Shown piece after piece: positions 1 to 9,694 of a stretch of 64,000 nt of DNA. The notes below the pieces were generated by a model. The model saw only the letters and a list, made by a program, of their open reading frames with translations, searched no databases and had not been told where the DNA came from. The DNA is taken from assembly GCA_028687915.1 (NCBI GenBank), contig JAQTZF010000001.1, positions 802,634-866,633 on the forward strand, in the 5' to 3' direction. Within the stretch, counting starts at the first letter, position 1; the number at the start of each line of letters is the position of its first letter. This DNA is from Candidatus Daviesbacteria bacterium. Lineage in GTDB: Bacteria; Patescibacteriota; Microgenomatia; Daviesbacterales; UBA10151. The position numbers and the translations under genes are program-made.

Positions 1-1
1 C

Positions 2-1099
2 ACCAGAAATCTGGAAGAGGTTTTGACTGAAGAAGAATTAAAAAAACTTATAGAATCAGGTACCCCTTTAAAACATTATATCGGCTATGAAATTTCCGGA
101 AAACTACATATTGGGCATTTTTTTACTTTGCTTAAAGTAAAGGACATGCAGGATGCGGGAGCAGATACCATTATCTGGATGGCTGATTTACACTCTGCTA
201 TAAACGATAAGCTTGACGGAAATTTGGAAACTATCTCCAGGTTGGCAAAAGAATATTTTGAGCAAACTATGAAAGTTTTGTTCAAATCAATTGGGGGAGA
301 TCCGGAAAAACTGGATTTTCAGCTAACTTCTGAAACATATGCCAAAAATCCAAGTATTTGGCAAACTCTTTTGGAAATCGGCAAAAACACATCACTTTCA
401 CGGATAATGAGGTCAATTACTATCATGGGTAGGGAAGAAGCTGACGGCATAGATTCAGCCAAGATTATGTATCCTTTAATGCAGGCTGCTGATATATTTT
501 TGCTTCAGGTAAATATTGCTCAAGCCGGATTAGATCAAAGAAAAGTGCATGTAATTGCTATTGACTCTGCCAATCAGGTAAAAACAAATGCTATCAAGGA
601 CAAGAATGGTAAAACCATTAAGCCAATTGCAATTCACACCCCAATTTTACTTGGCTTAACTCCACCTGAAGCAGTTTCAGAGAATTTATCTGATGATGAA
701 ATTGCCATGAAAACCAAAATGAGCAAGTCCAAGGCTGATTCTGGAGTATCTGTTCATGAAACACCAGAGGATATTAGAGCCAAAATTAACAAGGCTTTTG
801 CACCAGAAGGAGAGACAGAAAATAATCCAATTTTAAACTGGACTAAACATCTGATTTTTTATTATCCTGACTCAAAACTGGAAATAAAAAGGGATGAAAA
901 GTTTGGAGGAAATGTAACTTATAACTCTTATGAAGATTTAGAAAAAGATTACCAGGATAAGAAACTGCACCCAATGGACTTAAAAAACGCAGTTGCTGAA
1001 TGGTTGATTAAAACTATGGAACCAGTCAGAACCTTTTTTGAAGATCCAAAAAGAAAAGCATCTTTAGAAGAAATAGAGAGTTTAGCCTCAAGAGCCTGA
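2..1099 (+). CDS. tyrS: Tyrosyl-tRNA synthetase, archaeal/eukaryotic type (5' end runs off the window)
   Basis: YIGYEISGKLHIGH (HIGH motif), YPLMQAADI, GLDQRKVH, KMSKS and LHPMDLK. The frame stays open to position 2 (TRNLEEVLTEEEL). No bacterial S4-like C-terminal domain. Confidence 0.9.
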   Translation, partial: TRNLEEVLTEEELKKLIESGTPLKHYIGYEISGKLHIGHFFTLLKVKDMQDAGADTIIWMADLHSAINDKLDGNLETISRLAKEYFEQTMKVLFKSIGGDPEKLDFQLTSETYAKNPSIWQTLLEIGKNTSLSRIMRSITIMGREEADGIDSAKIMYPLMQAADIFLLQVNIAQAGLDQRKVHVIAIDSANQVKTNAIKDKNGKTIKPIAIHTPILLGLTPPEAVSENLSDDEIAMKTKMSKSKADSGVSVHETPEDIRAKINKAFAPEGETENNPILNWTKHLIFYYPDSKLEIKRDEKFGGNVTYNSYEDLEKDYQDKKLHPMDLKNAVAEWLIKTMEPVRTFFEDPKRKASLEEIESLASRA

Positions 1100-1300
1100 T
1101 TGATCTATACCCAAAGCCTTCTTTAGAGTCTTAGTAAAATTTGAAATACGTTCTTGCGCATTTTCTACAGAGAAACGTTTACTTCCCTGGGGAAGAGGTA
1201 TTGGTTCTGCATCGGAAATAACCTCAGGCTCGACTTCTGCTTTATGGACAGCAGTAAAATTATGCTCGTGATGCGGATGAAAGCTATCATGGTTTGGCAT
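1088..1300 (-). CDS. Small hypothetical protein (70 aa)
   Basis: ORF fills the gap after tyrS and has an AT-rich upstream region; no recognisable motif. Confidence 0.45.
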   Translation of the reverse strand: MPNHDSFHPHHEHNFTAVHKAEVEPEVISDAEPIPLPQGSKRFSVENAQERISNFTKTLKKALGIDQSGS

Positions 1301-1352
1301 AAAAGAAATATAACTATATAATTTTTATCTGACAAGAGTTAAAATAAAAATC

Positions 1353-1457
1353 ATGATGTATTCAAAGAAATTTAGAGTATTTTGGATTATTTTATCTGTT
1401 GTGGCAGGAGCATCTATTTTGCTTTTTTCCTTGCTTCCTCTTTTAACTACACTCTGA
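1353..1457 (+). CDS. 34-aa single-TM microprotein (MMYSKKFRVFWIILSVVAGASILLFSLLPLLTTL), not in the ORF track
   Basis: Translated by hand: basic N-terminus followed by a hydrophobic helix; TAAAAT lies 7 nt before the ATG. Confidence 0.6.
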   Translation: MMYSKKFRVFWIILSVVAGASILLFSLLPLLTTL

Positions 1458-1472
1458 ATTAATACACCACGC

Positions 1473-1544
1473 GTCATCCTGAGGAACGAAGTGACGAAGG
1501 ATCTATTCTATTAACGAGATTCTTCGCTTATCGCTCAGAATGAC
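1473..1544. repeat. REP-like composite palindrome, copy 1
   Basis: GTCATCCTGAGG..CGAAGGATCT-spacer-AGATTCTTCG..CTCAGAATGAC. A closely similar inverted copy is at 54814-54881. Lies between convergent genes. Confidence 0.85.
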
Positions 1545-1552
1545 AGAGGGGA

Positions 1553-2233
1553 TTAAGCTTTTAGCATTTTAGCTATAAAGATAAATAATAAATCTATAGT
1601 AATTGGAATTAACAATAGTAATGAGAAAACCTTAAATAATTCAGATAAATTTGGAAAATGTAGTGCTCCTAACCAATTTAAAAAAGGAATTAAAAGATTA
1701 GAAAAATATAAAGCTCCAAAGAATGAGAATAAAATAATAAAAGTCACTATAAATAAAGCTAAAGCTCCTTCCATATCTTTTTTACTGGAAAACATGGTAT
1801 TAGCAATCTCAAATACCACAAAAACAACTAAAGCTAACTGCCACCATGGAGTTTCTGAGCTATAAAATTGCAGACTGGTAAATAAAAGTGCCAGTATTAT
1901 AAACATCCCAAAAATAATCGGGGCTGCCCCAATAAAGAATCTTTTAACAGGTTCTGTTTCAGCTATTTTAATACTCCCAAATCTTACCTCATCTCCATCA
2001 ATCTCCGGAAAAATACTAATTTCTCCGGAAGGCACAAGAAACATTCCTGCAATAAGCATGTGTGCAAGCTCATGAACCAATGTTCCAGGTAAAAAGATTA
2101 CTGCTAAAGCATTATAAGTAAATATCCTGCTGTGGCTGATTCTATATAACAAACGAGCTAAACTATTTGTTAAAGAACGGGAGAAAAGAAACAAAAATAA
2201 TATTTCTAAAACAAAAATCAAAAAGAAAATCAT
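1553..2233 (-). CDS. Membrane metallopeptidase-like protein (M50-like, HExxH)
   Basis: Multi-TM protein with FLPGTLVHELAH, a downstream GAAP motif and NTMFSSKKD. Confidence 0.65.
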   Translation of the reverse strand: MIFFLIFVLEILFLFLFSRSLTNSLARLLYRISHSRIFTYNALAVIFLPGTLVHELAHMLIAGMFLVPSGEISIFPEIDGDEVRFGSIKIAETEPVKRFFIGAAPIIFGMFIILALLFTSLQFYSSETPWWQLALVVFVVFEIANTMFSSKKDMEGALALFIVTFIILFSFFGALYFSNLLIPFLNWLGALHFPNLSELFKVFSLLLLIPITIDLLFIFIAKMLKA

Positions 2234-2308
2234 ATATCCAGTATATTGATCTCCACCTCTCTTGACAACACTATATTAATAAGAAATACTGAGTATATAC
2301 AATAATTT

Positions 2309-2671
2309 ATGGATAATACTTTGGCTAACATCCCACCAGAAGTTATAAGCTATCTGGATAATCTTTTAAGAGAAGCAAATATTACCCCTGTTGATGAAAC
2401 AATGCGTGAACAATTATTACTCGAGCTATATGCCAGATTAGATAGCTTTATTACCACCACCATTGTTGAAAATATGGATCCACAAAATTTGGATGCATTT
2501 ATTAAATTAAATGAGGAAAATCACCCACGGGAAGAGATAGAAGCTTTTATCAAAGAAAAAATGCCGGATGCAGATCAGGTTTTTGCCAAAGCTTTTATAG
2601 ATTTCCGCGACCTCTATTTAGGAAATACAGGAGTCGAAGTGCCTCAAACTGAAAATCCATCAACTAATTAA
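2309..2671 (+). CDS. Small acidic helical protein, DUF5663-like (CPR family)
   Basis: Size, acidity and pattern (LLREAN..ELYARLDSFI..F..LYLG) resemble the CPR DUF5663 family as I recall it; needs an HMM check. Confidence 0.6.
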   Translation: MDNTLANIPPEVISYLDNLLREANITPVDETMREQLLLELYARLDSFITTTIVENMDPQNLDAFIKLNEENHPREEIEAFIKEKMPDADQVFAKAFIDFRDLYLGNTGVEVPQTENPSTN

Positions 2672-2674
2672 CTT

Positions 2675-5600
2675 ATGTTAACATCTGCCGAAACCGGAAT
2701 AGATACATCTGCTGAGGCTGGAGCAAAACCAGAAATTACACAAGAAAAAGTTTTAAAAGATTTCAGATATGCAAAAGAAAAGTACAAAAGAGAAGTTGGA
2801 AATAAACCTAAAGCAGAATTAACCGCAGATGAAATATTTGATTTAAATGCTTTTAATGGTGCATTTGAAACAAATGAGCACCGCATTGGTGCAAATTTTG
2901 AAAAAAACAGATTTACTTACACAAACAAAATTACCAATCCTAATGGTGGACCTGATATTGAACAAGAAGAAGGTGTGCCCATAGAAGGAATGCTAAACTT
3001 CCTGGAAAAAAAGCTAAGTATATCAAAAAGTAAAGCAGAGAGGGACAAAATTGAAGAAGTATTAAAAACGTTAAAAAATCCCGATGTTTCAAAAACCTAT
3101 GAAGAGGCTCATGAGAACCAAATAATCGATATCCAGCCTGGTGAAACAGATGATCCTATTATGTTTGCCAGAAAAAGGCAGGAAGCTTTATTTGCTTCAA
3201 AAGACCACCGGGCAACGGGCAATATGCTTGAAAATTACAATGCAGGATTAGCTACCCTTAAAAGACGTAGAGAGTTGATAATTCCACCTAAAGTTGCAGC
3301 TACAGTGCCTGCAACAGGCACTGGATCCACCACTGCCCCAATTGCTGCACCACCAGTTACTACTGCAGGCCCAGAAGGAACCAGTATTATAGAAGCAGCT
3401 GAAGAATCTGAAGATGATTTAGCAGATACAGAAGAGGATACAGCAGCTGTAGAAGATATAAAACCAGCAGTAGCAGAAGGCACTGGAATTCCCGGGGACA
3501 CAATATTGCCTGAAACTCTAGAAACAGCTGAGGAGGATTCTGAAGAAGAAAATGCTCCTGTAACGTCAGAAGGTAATTTAGAGCCGGAGATATCAACAGA
3601 GCGAGGCACAAACACAACAGCTCAAACCCGAGGAAGATACGAATTTGGTGTTATCAGGGATGATGATGTAATTGATAAAAATGCCAGCTTACAAGCCAGA
3701 AAAGATTTCCACGAAAGAATTAGCAAGGGAAGATGGTTTGAATTCTGGAGATGGCCGGAAAAAATCGCCTTAAGGCTTAGTGAAGGTGGAATAGAAAATA
3801 TTCAGCAGGAAAAGCTTAGAAACGCCTGTATTGCAAATGGAGTTTCATTTTTAGATATAAAACAAATAAAAAGTGCTATAACTGAGGCAGACAGGATTCA
3901 ATCTAATGAACGACAAGAATCCCTCTTGGAAAGATTTGCAGCAGGAAGAATTGTTAAAAGAGAAGATGATAAAAAACCAATAATCGAAGAAAAAGTATTA
4001 TTGGCAGAAGATTCTCCTCTTAGGGCAGCTTTGTTAAGCGACATTATTAAGCCTGTGGTAGATGGCGAGATTACTGGTTCGCGCACTGAACAACAAAAGC
4101 AGATTCAGGAGAAATTAGCTGCAGTAATTAAAAAAAATCTCAATGATCCAAAAGTAAAAGAAATCTTTGGAGCAGAAGCCAGTGATTTTGGTTATGTTGC
4201 TGAATATTTTGCCACAGACCTTCTTGAAAAAAGCCTGGCAGTCAAAGAACAAATGGAGTTTCATAAAGAATCTCTGGAACAAATATCAGCTTATATAGAT
4301 ATCCATATTGGAATTGCCAGAGATCAAAGCAATACAGATACCAGAAACACTGTTGATAGGGCTGTAGCATGGGCTAGAAGCAGACAAAATGATCGAATGT
4401 TTACTAAGGGAGTACAGGAAGTAGTAGGGAATAGGGGATGGATTTTAAATCCTGCTGTAGTGGGTATAGCTACCAGCTTAGCAACCCATGGTTTATTAAG
4501 CAGTGTCGGTTTTGGAGGAAGAGTAGCTGGAATAGCAGCACCTATAGCTGGTGCTATGGGAGGTGCTGTTGTGGCTGGAGCCAGAAGGTATTTTGAAATC
4601 GGCGGTGACAGAAGAATGCAGGAAGCGGAACTTTCCATGGGAGAAGTACTTCCGGAAAAACGCCATGCCACAGACCGTATCGGAAAATGGATGGAACGAG
4701 CTATGGGTGGATACCGCAGAGAAGACTTGCTTCAATATAGATATGATTCTGTTAAGACAAGTGACCTTATTAATGGCAGCGGGGAAATTAATAATATATT
4801 TGACACAGATAGCACTAATCCAAAGAGAACGCTTAAGAGCGTTGACCAGTTGTTATCCCAACCTTTGGATATTCCAGCTGGAATTGATGATACTACCAAG
4901 GAAATAAGGGAATCTAATAGAAAAGCTGTTGCCGAAAGAATGGAAGAAATTCGTCTTAGAATTAACAGAGGTAAAAGACAAAAAGTTGATTTACTCACAT
5001 TCTCTGACAAAACTCAGGTTAACCAGGAGCTTAATGCTTTATATGATGCTGCAGATAAATTAGAACAGGCATTAACAGCTAGTGATGCAGATGTGGCAGC
5101 ATTAAAGTTTTTTGCTGACACCGCACTAAATGATGCCTTTGATAGAGATAAAAAACTAAAAGACAATGGTTTTAGAGGCTATAGAGCAAGACAAGCTGCT
5201 GGTGCAGCAGTTTTTGGAGGAACAGTAGGACTTGCAGGAGCACTAACCACAGGAGTCTTTTTACAACATGGAGCAGCAGAAATAGCCAGGCATAACCCAG
5301 GTATTTCTAAAGTACCTATTATTGGTGGGTTATTTCAACCAGGACAAACAGCGCTTGAAAAAACTGCACATAATATAGGTACAGTTTTAGGACATCCAGA
5401 AATAGGCACAGGACCAGCCAGTGTTGATACTTTCAAAGATATGTTTGATCACGGAGGCAGGGTAAATATTGGCAATACCACTCTTGAAGCAAACCCAGAC
5501 CACACTGTTACTTTTTTTGATCGAAACACAAACCAGCCACTTTCAAACATACCAAAAACATATTTGGAAGCTGATGGTAAATTAATTGTCCCTGGAAATA

Positions 5601-6079
5601 TTGGTGACTTACCTGGAGAAATGCACAGTTGGGCTCACAGTGAAACTTTTGAACATTCTATAAGACAACAAATTCAGGAAGCAATGGCAGTTAATGAAGT
5701 CACTAAAATTGATATTGGTGAACTTACAGTTGGTATCAAGGGTAATGAAGTACATATTTTAACAAGTGACCAAATAGATCCTATAACAGGGAAACTTATA
5801 CCAGGACAGAAACCTTTGATTGGAACAATTGACCAAAACTCTAACTTTCACTTTACCGGAGCTACTTCAGAAGAAATTAGTAAAGTTCAGGCAGAATTAG
5901 CAGCCCATGGTTTTAAAACCCAGGTTGAAGATATTCCTGGCAAATCTGAAATAAAAGGAGTCATAGATCATTTCAAGGAAAAAGGTATGGTTGAAAAGGC
6001 CAATAGGCTTTTTTGGCATGATAACAACACCACAATGCACTTAAATGCACAGGGAATTCTGGTGGGTGCAAGATGGTAA
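2675..6079 (+). CDS. Giant protein, N-terminal part (acidic/Thr-Pro linker, helical region, two Gly-rich hydrophobic segments, beta-rich region); probably frameshifted into 6045..9689
   Basis: 1134-aa ORF with hydrophobic segments GIATSLATHGLL..GAMGGAVVAGARR and AAGAAVFGGTVGLAGAL. Overlaps the next ORF by 35 nt. Confidence 0.75.
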   Translation: MLTSAETGIDTSAEAGAKPEITQEKVLKDFRYAKEKYKREVGNKPKAELTADEIFDLNAFNGAFETNEHRIGANFEKNRFTYTNKITNPNGGPDIEQEEGVPIEGMLNFLEKKLSISKSKAERDKIEEVLKTLKNPDVSKTYEEAHENQIIDIQPGETDDPIMFARKRQEALFASKDHRATGNMLENYNAGLATLKRRRELIIPPKVAATVPATGTGSTTAPIAAPPVTTAGPEGTSIIEAAEESEDDLADTEEDTAAVEDIKPAVAEGTGIPGDTILPETLETAEEDSEEENAPVTSEGNLEPEISTERGTNTTAQTRGRYEFGVIRDDDVIDKNASLQARKDFHERISKGRWFEFWRWPEKIALRLSEGGIENIQQEKLRNACIANGVSFLDIKQIKSAITEADRIQSNERQESLLERFAAGRIVKREDDKKPIIEEKVLLAEDSPLRAALLSDIIKPVVDGEITGSRTEQQKQIQEKLAAVIKKNLNDPKVKEIFGAEASDFGYVAEYFATDLLEKSLAVKEQMEFHKESLEQISAYIDIHIGIARDQSNTDTRNTVDRAVAWARSRQNDRMFTKGVQEVVGNRGWILNPAVVGIATSLATHGLLSSVGFGGRVAGIAAPIAGAMGGAVVAGARRYFEIGGDRRMQEAELSMGEVLPEKRHATDRIGKWMERAMGGYRREDLLQYRYDSVKTSDLINGSGEINNIFDTDSTNPKRTLKSVDQLLSQPLDIPAGIDDTTKEIRESNRKAVAERMEEIRLRINRGKRQKVDLLTFSDKTQVNQELNALYDAADKLEQALTASDADVAALKFFADTALNDAFDRDKKLKDNGFRGYRARQAAGAAVFGGTVGLAGALTTGVFLQHGAAEIARHNPGISKVPIIGGLFQPGQTALEKTAHNIGTVLGHPEIGTGPASVDTFKDMFDHGGRVNIGNTTLEANPDHTVTFFDRNTNQPLSNIPKTYLEADGKLIVPGNIGDLPGEMHSWAHSETFEHSIRQQIQEAMAVNEVTKIDIGELTVGIKGNEVHILTSDQIDPITGKLIPGQKPLIGTIDQNSNFHFTGATSEEISKVQAELAAHGFKTQVEDIPGKSEIKGVIDHFKEKGMVEKANRLFWHDNNTTMHLNAQGILVGARW

Positions 6080-9000
6080 GGAATTGCAGTTTTATCACCA
6101 CCTTTTACCCGGTGAAACTGTTGATTTGGATATGAGCAAGATGATTTCCCAAATGACTCCAGCAGGAGGGGTAAATTGGGATAACACCATTGATAGCCAA
6201 TATAGTCACCTTATGAATGACATCACAACCAACCCTGATGGAACCCACAATTACAAGAACTTTGAATTTTTAATTACCCCAAATGATGCTGCTGATAATG
6301 CCAGAGATATAATAAAAATTACCGTAGGGGCTGATGGACATGCACAAATCCCCAAAGGAGTAGATTTACACCAATTTTTTGATACCAAAAGTGGTGATGT
6401 GAAGCAATTAGCAAGGTTTATAGAAGTAGCTCATGTAGAAGCAGATGGGTCCAGAACAATTATTTCTACCTCAGTAGGGAAGGGAATTGATAATATTTTA
6501 GTAGAAGGTCCAGGTACTCATACTCTTAATGCTATACCCCCACTTGCTAAAGAATTAATCCCTCCATCATTTGAAGCTCCACCAATCATCCCAATCCCAT
6601 TCGCCCCAAGACATCCTTTAGAAGAAATTGGAGAGGAGGAGATAGGAGGAGGTTACTACCCTGAGGGAGTATTTCCGCGCGGAACAAGAATTGCAGACGT
6701 AATAAGAAGAGGAAGGGGAATCCGACGAGGACACTCGCCATATGAACTTTCAGAAAGAGACATAACCATTGATCATGAAGAAGGAATGGCTGCCTTAGCC
6801 GAGTTGAGACAGTCATTTGAAAATACTGATGGAGTTTATGTTGTTTTAGGTGGTGCTATAGGGGATGCTGTTATTAGTACCGCTTATATCAAAGGCATTC
6901 AACAAGCTCTAAACCAATCTGGAAAGAGTATACCTTTGACAATCATGGTAAGCCAGGATCAGGGAGATCTTTACGATGCTTGGGGACAGGGAAATATCAA
7001 AATAGTTAAAGTAGCTAGAAATAGCGGTTTGGCTGAAGCAACATCTGCGATTACCGCTTCTAGCTTAAAGAATCCTCTTATTTTTGACTTTGAACATGCA
7101 AGAGCTGCAAATCCTACTATTGAAATAGAGGAAGTAAATAATCAAAAAATCACAACCGTCGCAAATCTCTTAATCCCGGCAGTACACCTTTATAATAATG
7201 GCTCAGATAGTGAAAAAAGATATTCAAAATTCATTGAAGAATTATTGTCCCTTCCTGAAAACTCAGTTGATCCGCAAATTGCAAAACCAACAATTGAGCT
7301 GCCAAGTAATAAAGATCAACTCTATGAAAACCTTGCAAATCGTTGCGGAATTGATACTAATAATCCAAATCAAATTTCAATTATTGTAGAAGGATCACGT
7401 CCGGGAAAACGCTATGGTATGCAAAATTGGGCAACTGTCATTACTGAAATACAAAAACAATATCCCAACTATCAGTTCAATGTCCTCTTTAACAAACAAG
7501 ATAGACGCGTCGGTTATACAGAAGATGATATTAGAACAACATTAACTAACGCTGGTGTTATAAATAGCTGTCATTTAGTAGATGGCACTTTAATGGAGCT
7601 AGCAGTTCTTTTGGAAAAACAAAAGTTAACACTTACAAATGATAGTGGGCTTGCACACATCGCAGGTGCACTTAAAAATGGCCCTAGTGTAGTAATGCTA
7701 TTTTTACCAAAAGATTCGTCAGTAAACATGTGGGCTTCAAGCAAAAAGCACATACCTATAGCTTTATCAAAAGAGGAAGAACAAAATCTCAGTAATGTTG
7801 ATATTAATGATGAGAATGAAGACCGTAAATTAATGAATAAAATCCCTCCTGAAAGGATAATTCAAAAAGCTCTTGAAGTATTAAACTCACAACCTACAGC
7901 AATCTCAACACCAGCACCACGAAGAAGTACTGGAACAGGAGCTCCTCCGACCATAGATAATACATTTAGTCCTGGTACACCTGCTTATAATGCCATGGAA
8001 AATCATTCAGAAGCAGAAAGATTATTACCAGTTTGGCGAAACCTTTTACAAGTAAAAACTACAGGAGATCCGACTCAATTAGAAGAAACTATAAAAACAA
8101 TTGAAGCAAAGTGGCCAGATTTAGCAGCTTCTACTACACCACAAACGACACCAGCATCTACACAGCCAGTTGTAACAACACCTCCTATCGCGATAACTGA
8201 TGAGGAATTGGCAGCAACAACTCCAGAAAATCCTAATATCAACCCCTTCCGTCGCACACAATTAGCAGCCTGGAATTCTTTCGAAAACCATAGGGAAGCC
8301 GAACGATGGTTGCCAGTATTGAGAAACATTTTACAAGAAGGCGCTGAAAGGGATCCAGATCAATTAGAAAAAGATATAAAAACAATTGAAGCAAAATGGC
8401 CTGATTTGGCAATAACAATTCTGCCAGCCCCTACCGTAACCGCATCAGGAGGTCCAGCCCAGTCAAAAATGTCAATTTGGGGAAGAGAGATTCCTAGAAC
8501 TTTCCAACCTGACAGCTCAGGTTCTTTACCTCGCAGCATGGGAGGCAACCGTTATGATCTGGATATGAATGGAAATTTATACATCGACGAAAGACCAGCC
8601 TCTGAAAAAGAGGTCGAAGACTTCAATAAACTTCACCCTCATCCCAGAGGACTACAAGCCCGCGTTCCAATACTAGCACCACCAACAGCTGAAGAGTTAA
8701 ATGCTCCCGCACCAACCAAACCCGGAGGAACTTTACTTGTAAATCTACCAAGACCTGCCCCAGCTCCAACAACACCTCCAATAGCAATAACTGATGAGGA
8801 ATTGACTGCAGCAACGCCGCCAGAGCAACCACCTGTCGCAACCTCACCTTTACCTCAACCCGGTCCAAGACAAAGAGTTCTTCTGACAAATATGCCAAGA
8901 CCTACTGTTATTCCACCAACTCCAGCACCAACAACTGAACCCAATGAATCAGTTACTTCAGCTAATAATGAAGAAACTCTTAATATCAGTGAAGAACAAT

Positions 9001-9689
9001 CAAGGGTAATTAATAGTATCCAAAGGATTGCCCCTCAACTAAATCAAGAGAAAATACTAGAATTTATTGCAAGAGCCCACACTATAAACCCAAGCAGTAT
9101 TCTTAAAACCACCAGTTTATTAAGTGAAGAGTTAGCCATAGAAGAATTTATCCGCGAGTGGGAGACTGAATCAACTGCAGGTAAAACGAACGATCCGCTT
9201 GAAGTATGGCTAAACAATAAGCTTACTGCAACTGAACCAACACCTGTTGAAAACACAAGTACACCAGCTGCTTTTGAATTTACAGAGGAACAAAAAGCTC
9301 AGTTTGAAGATCAAAAAGAAAAAATTGCTGCAACTTTAGAAACTAATGGAATAATGGATGATAATAATTTAGGGGAGCTTTACCAAATTTATAATTTAAT
9401 TACAGATCAATGGTCTTTGATTGATATAGAACCTGCTGAAGATTTAAAAGAGCTTGCTACTTCCATTTCAGATAGAATCAAAGGAACTGATGATAAATTT
9501 AAGTTAGCTGGTCTTTTGGCTAACCTCTTTTCCAATCCTGATGTTCAAACCAAATATCCTGACTTAAACGATTACTTTAATAATAGATCCATTGATACTG
9601 CGGATCAAAGAGCTATTGTACGTAGACAGTTCTTTGAATTTATGTACTCCTTAAAAGCTGTTAATGATCTTGTCTCACCTCAGCCTTAA
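6045..9689 (+). CDS. Giant protein, C-terminal part with a glycosyltransferase family 9 (heptosyltransferase-like) domain and Pro/Thr-rich repeats
   Basis: GT9 motifs at about 6831-7885: LGGAIGDAV, GSRPGKRY..NW, TLMELAVLL, TNDSGLAHIAGAL, VVMLF. Confidence 0.75.
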   Translation: MHREFWWVQDGKELQFYHHLLPGETVDLDMSKMISQMTPAGGVNWDNTIDSQYSHLMNDITTNPDGTHNYKNFEFLITPNDAADNARDIIKITVGADGHAQIPKGVDLHQFFDTKSGDVKQLARFIEVAHVEADGSRTIISTSVGKGIDNILVEGPGTHTLNAIPPLAKELIPPSFEAPPIIPIPFAPRHPLEEIGEEEIGGGYYPEGVFPRGTRIADVIRRGRGIRRGHSPYELSERDITIDHEEGMAALAELRQSFENTDGVYVVLGGAIGDAVISTAYIKGIQQALNQSGKSIPLTIMVSQDQGDLYDAWGQGNIKIVKVARNSGLAEATSAITASSLKNPLIFDFEHARAANPTIEIEEVNNQKITTVANLLIPAVHLYNNGSDSEKRYSKFIEELLSLPENSVDPQIAKPTIELPSNKDQLYENLANRCGIDTNNPNQISIIVEGSRPGKRYGMQNWATVITEIQKQYPNYQFNVLFNKQDRRVGYTEDDIRTTLTNAGVINSCHLVDGTLMELAVLLEKQKLTLTNDSGLAHIAGALKNGPSVVMLFLPKDSSVNMWASSKKHIPIALSKEEEQNLSNVDINDENEDRKLMNKIPPERIIQKALEVLNSQPTAISTPAPRRSTGTGAPPTIDNTFSPGTPAYNAMENHSEAERLLPVWRNLLQVKTTGDPTQLEETIKTIEAKWPDLAASTTPQTTPASTQPVVTTPPIAITDEELAATTPENPNINPFRRTQLAAWNSFENHREAERWLPVLRNILQEGAERDPDQLEKDIKTIEAKWPDLAITILPAPTVTASGGPAQSKMSIWGREIPRTFQPDSSGSLPRSMGGNRYDLDMNGNLYIDERPASEKEVEDFNKLHPHPRGLQARVPILAPPTAEELNAPAPTKPGGTLLVNLPRPAPAPTTPPIAITDEELTAATPPEQPPVATSPLPQPGPRQRVLLTNMPRPTVIPPTPAPTTEPNESVTSANNEETLNISEEQSRVINSIQRIAPQLNQEKILEFIARAHTINPSSILKTTSLLSEELAIEEFIREWETESTAGKTNDPLEVWLNNKLTATEPTPVENTSTPAAFEFTEEQKAQFEDQKEKIAATLETNGIMDDNNLGELYQIYNLITDQWSLIDIEPAEDLKELATSISDRIKGTDDKFKLAGLLANLFSNPDVQTKYPDLNDYFNNRSIDTADQRAIVRRQFFEFMYSLKAVNDLVSPQP

Positions 9690-9694
9690 TCAAC

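Noticed and set aside
6045-6079. Programmed ribosomal frameshift
   Set aside because: No slippery heptamer, homopolymer run or obvious stimulatory structure; a simple 1-nt indel explains it.
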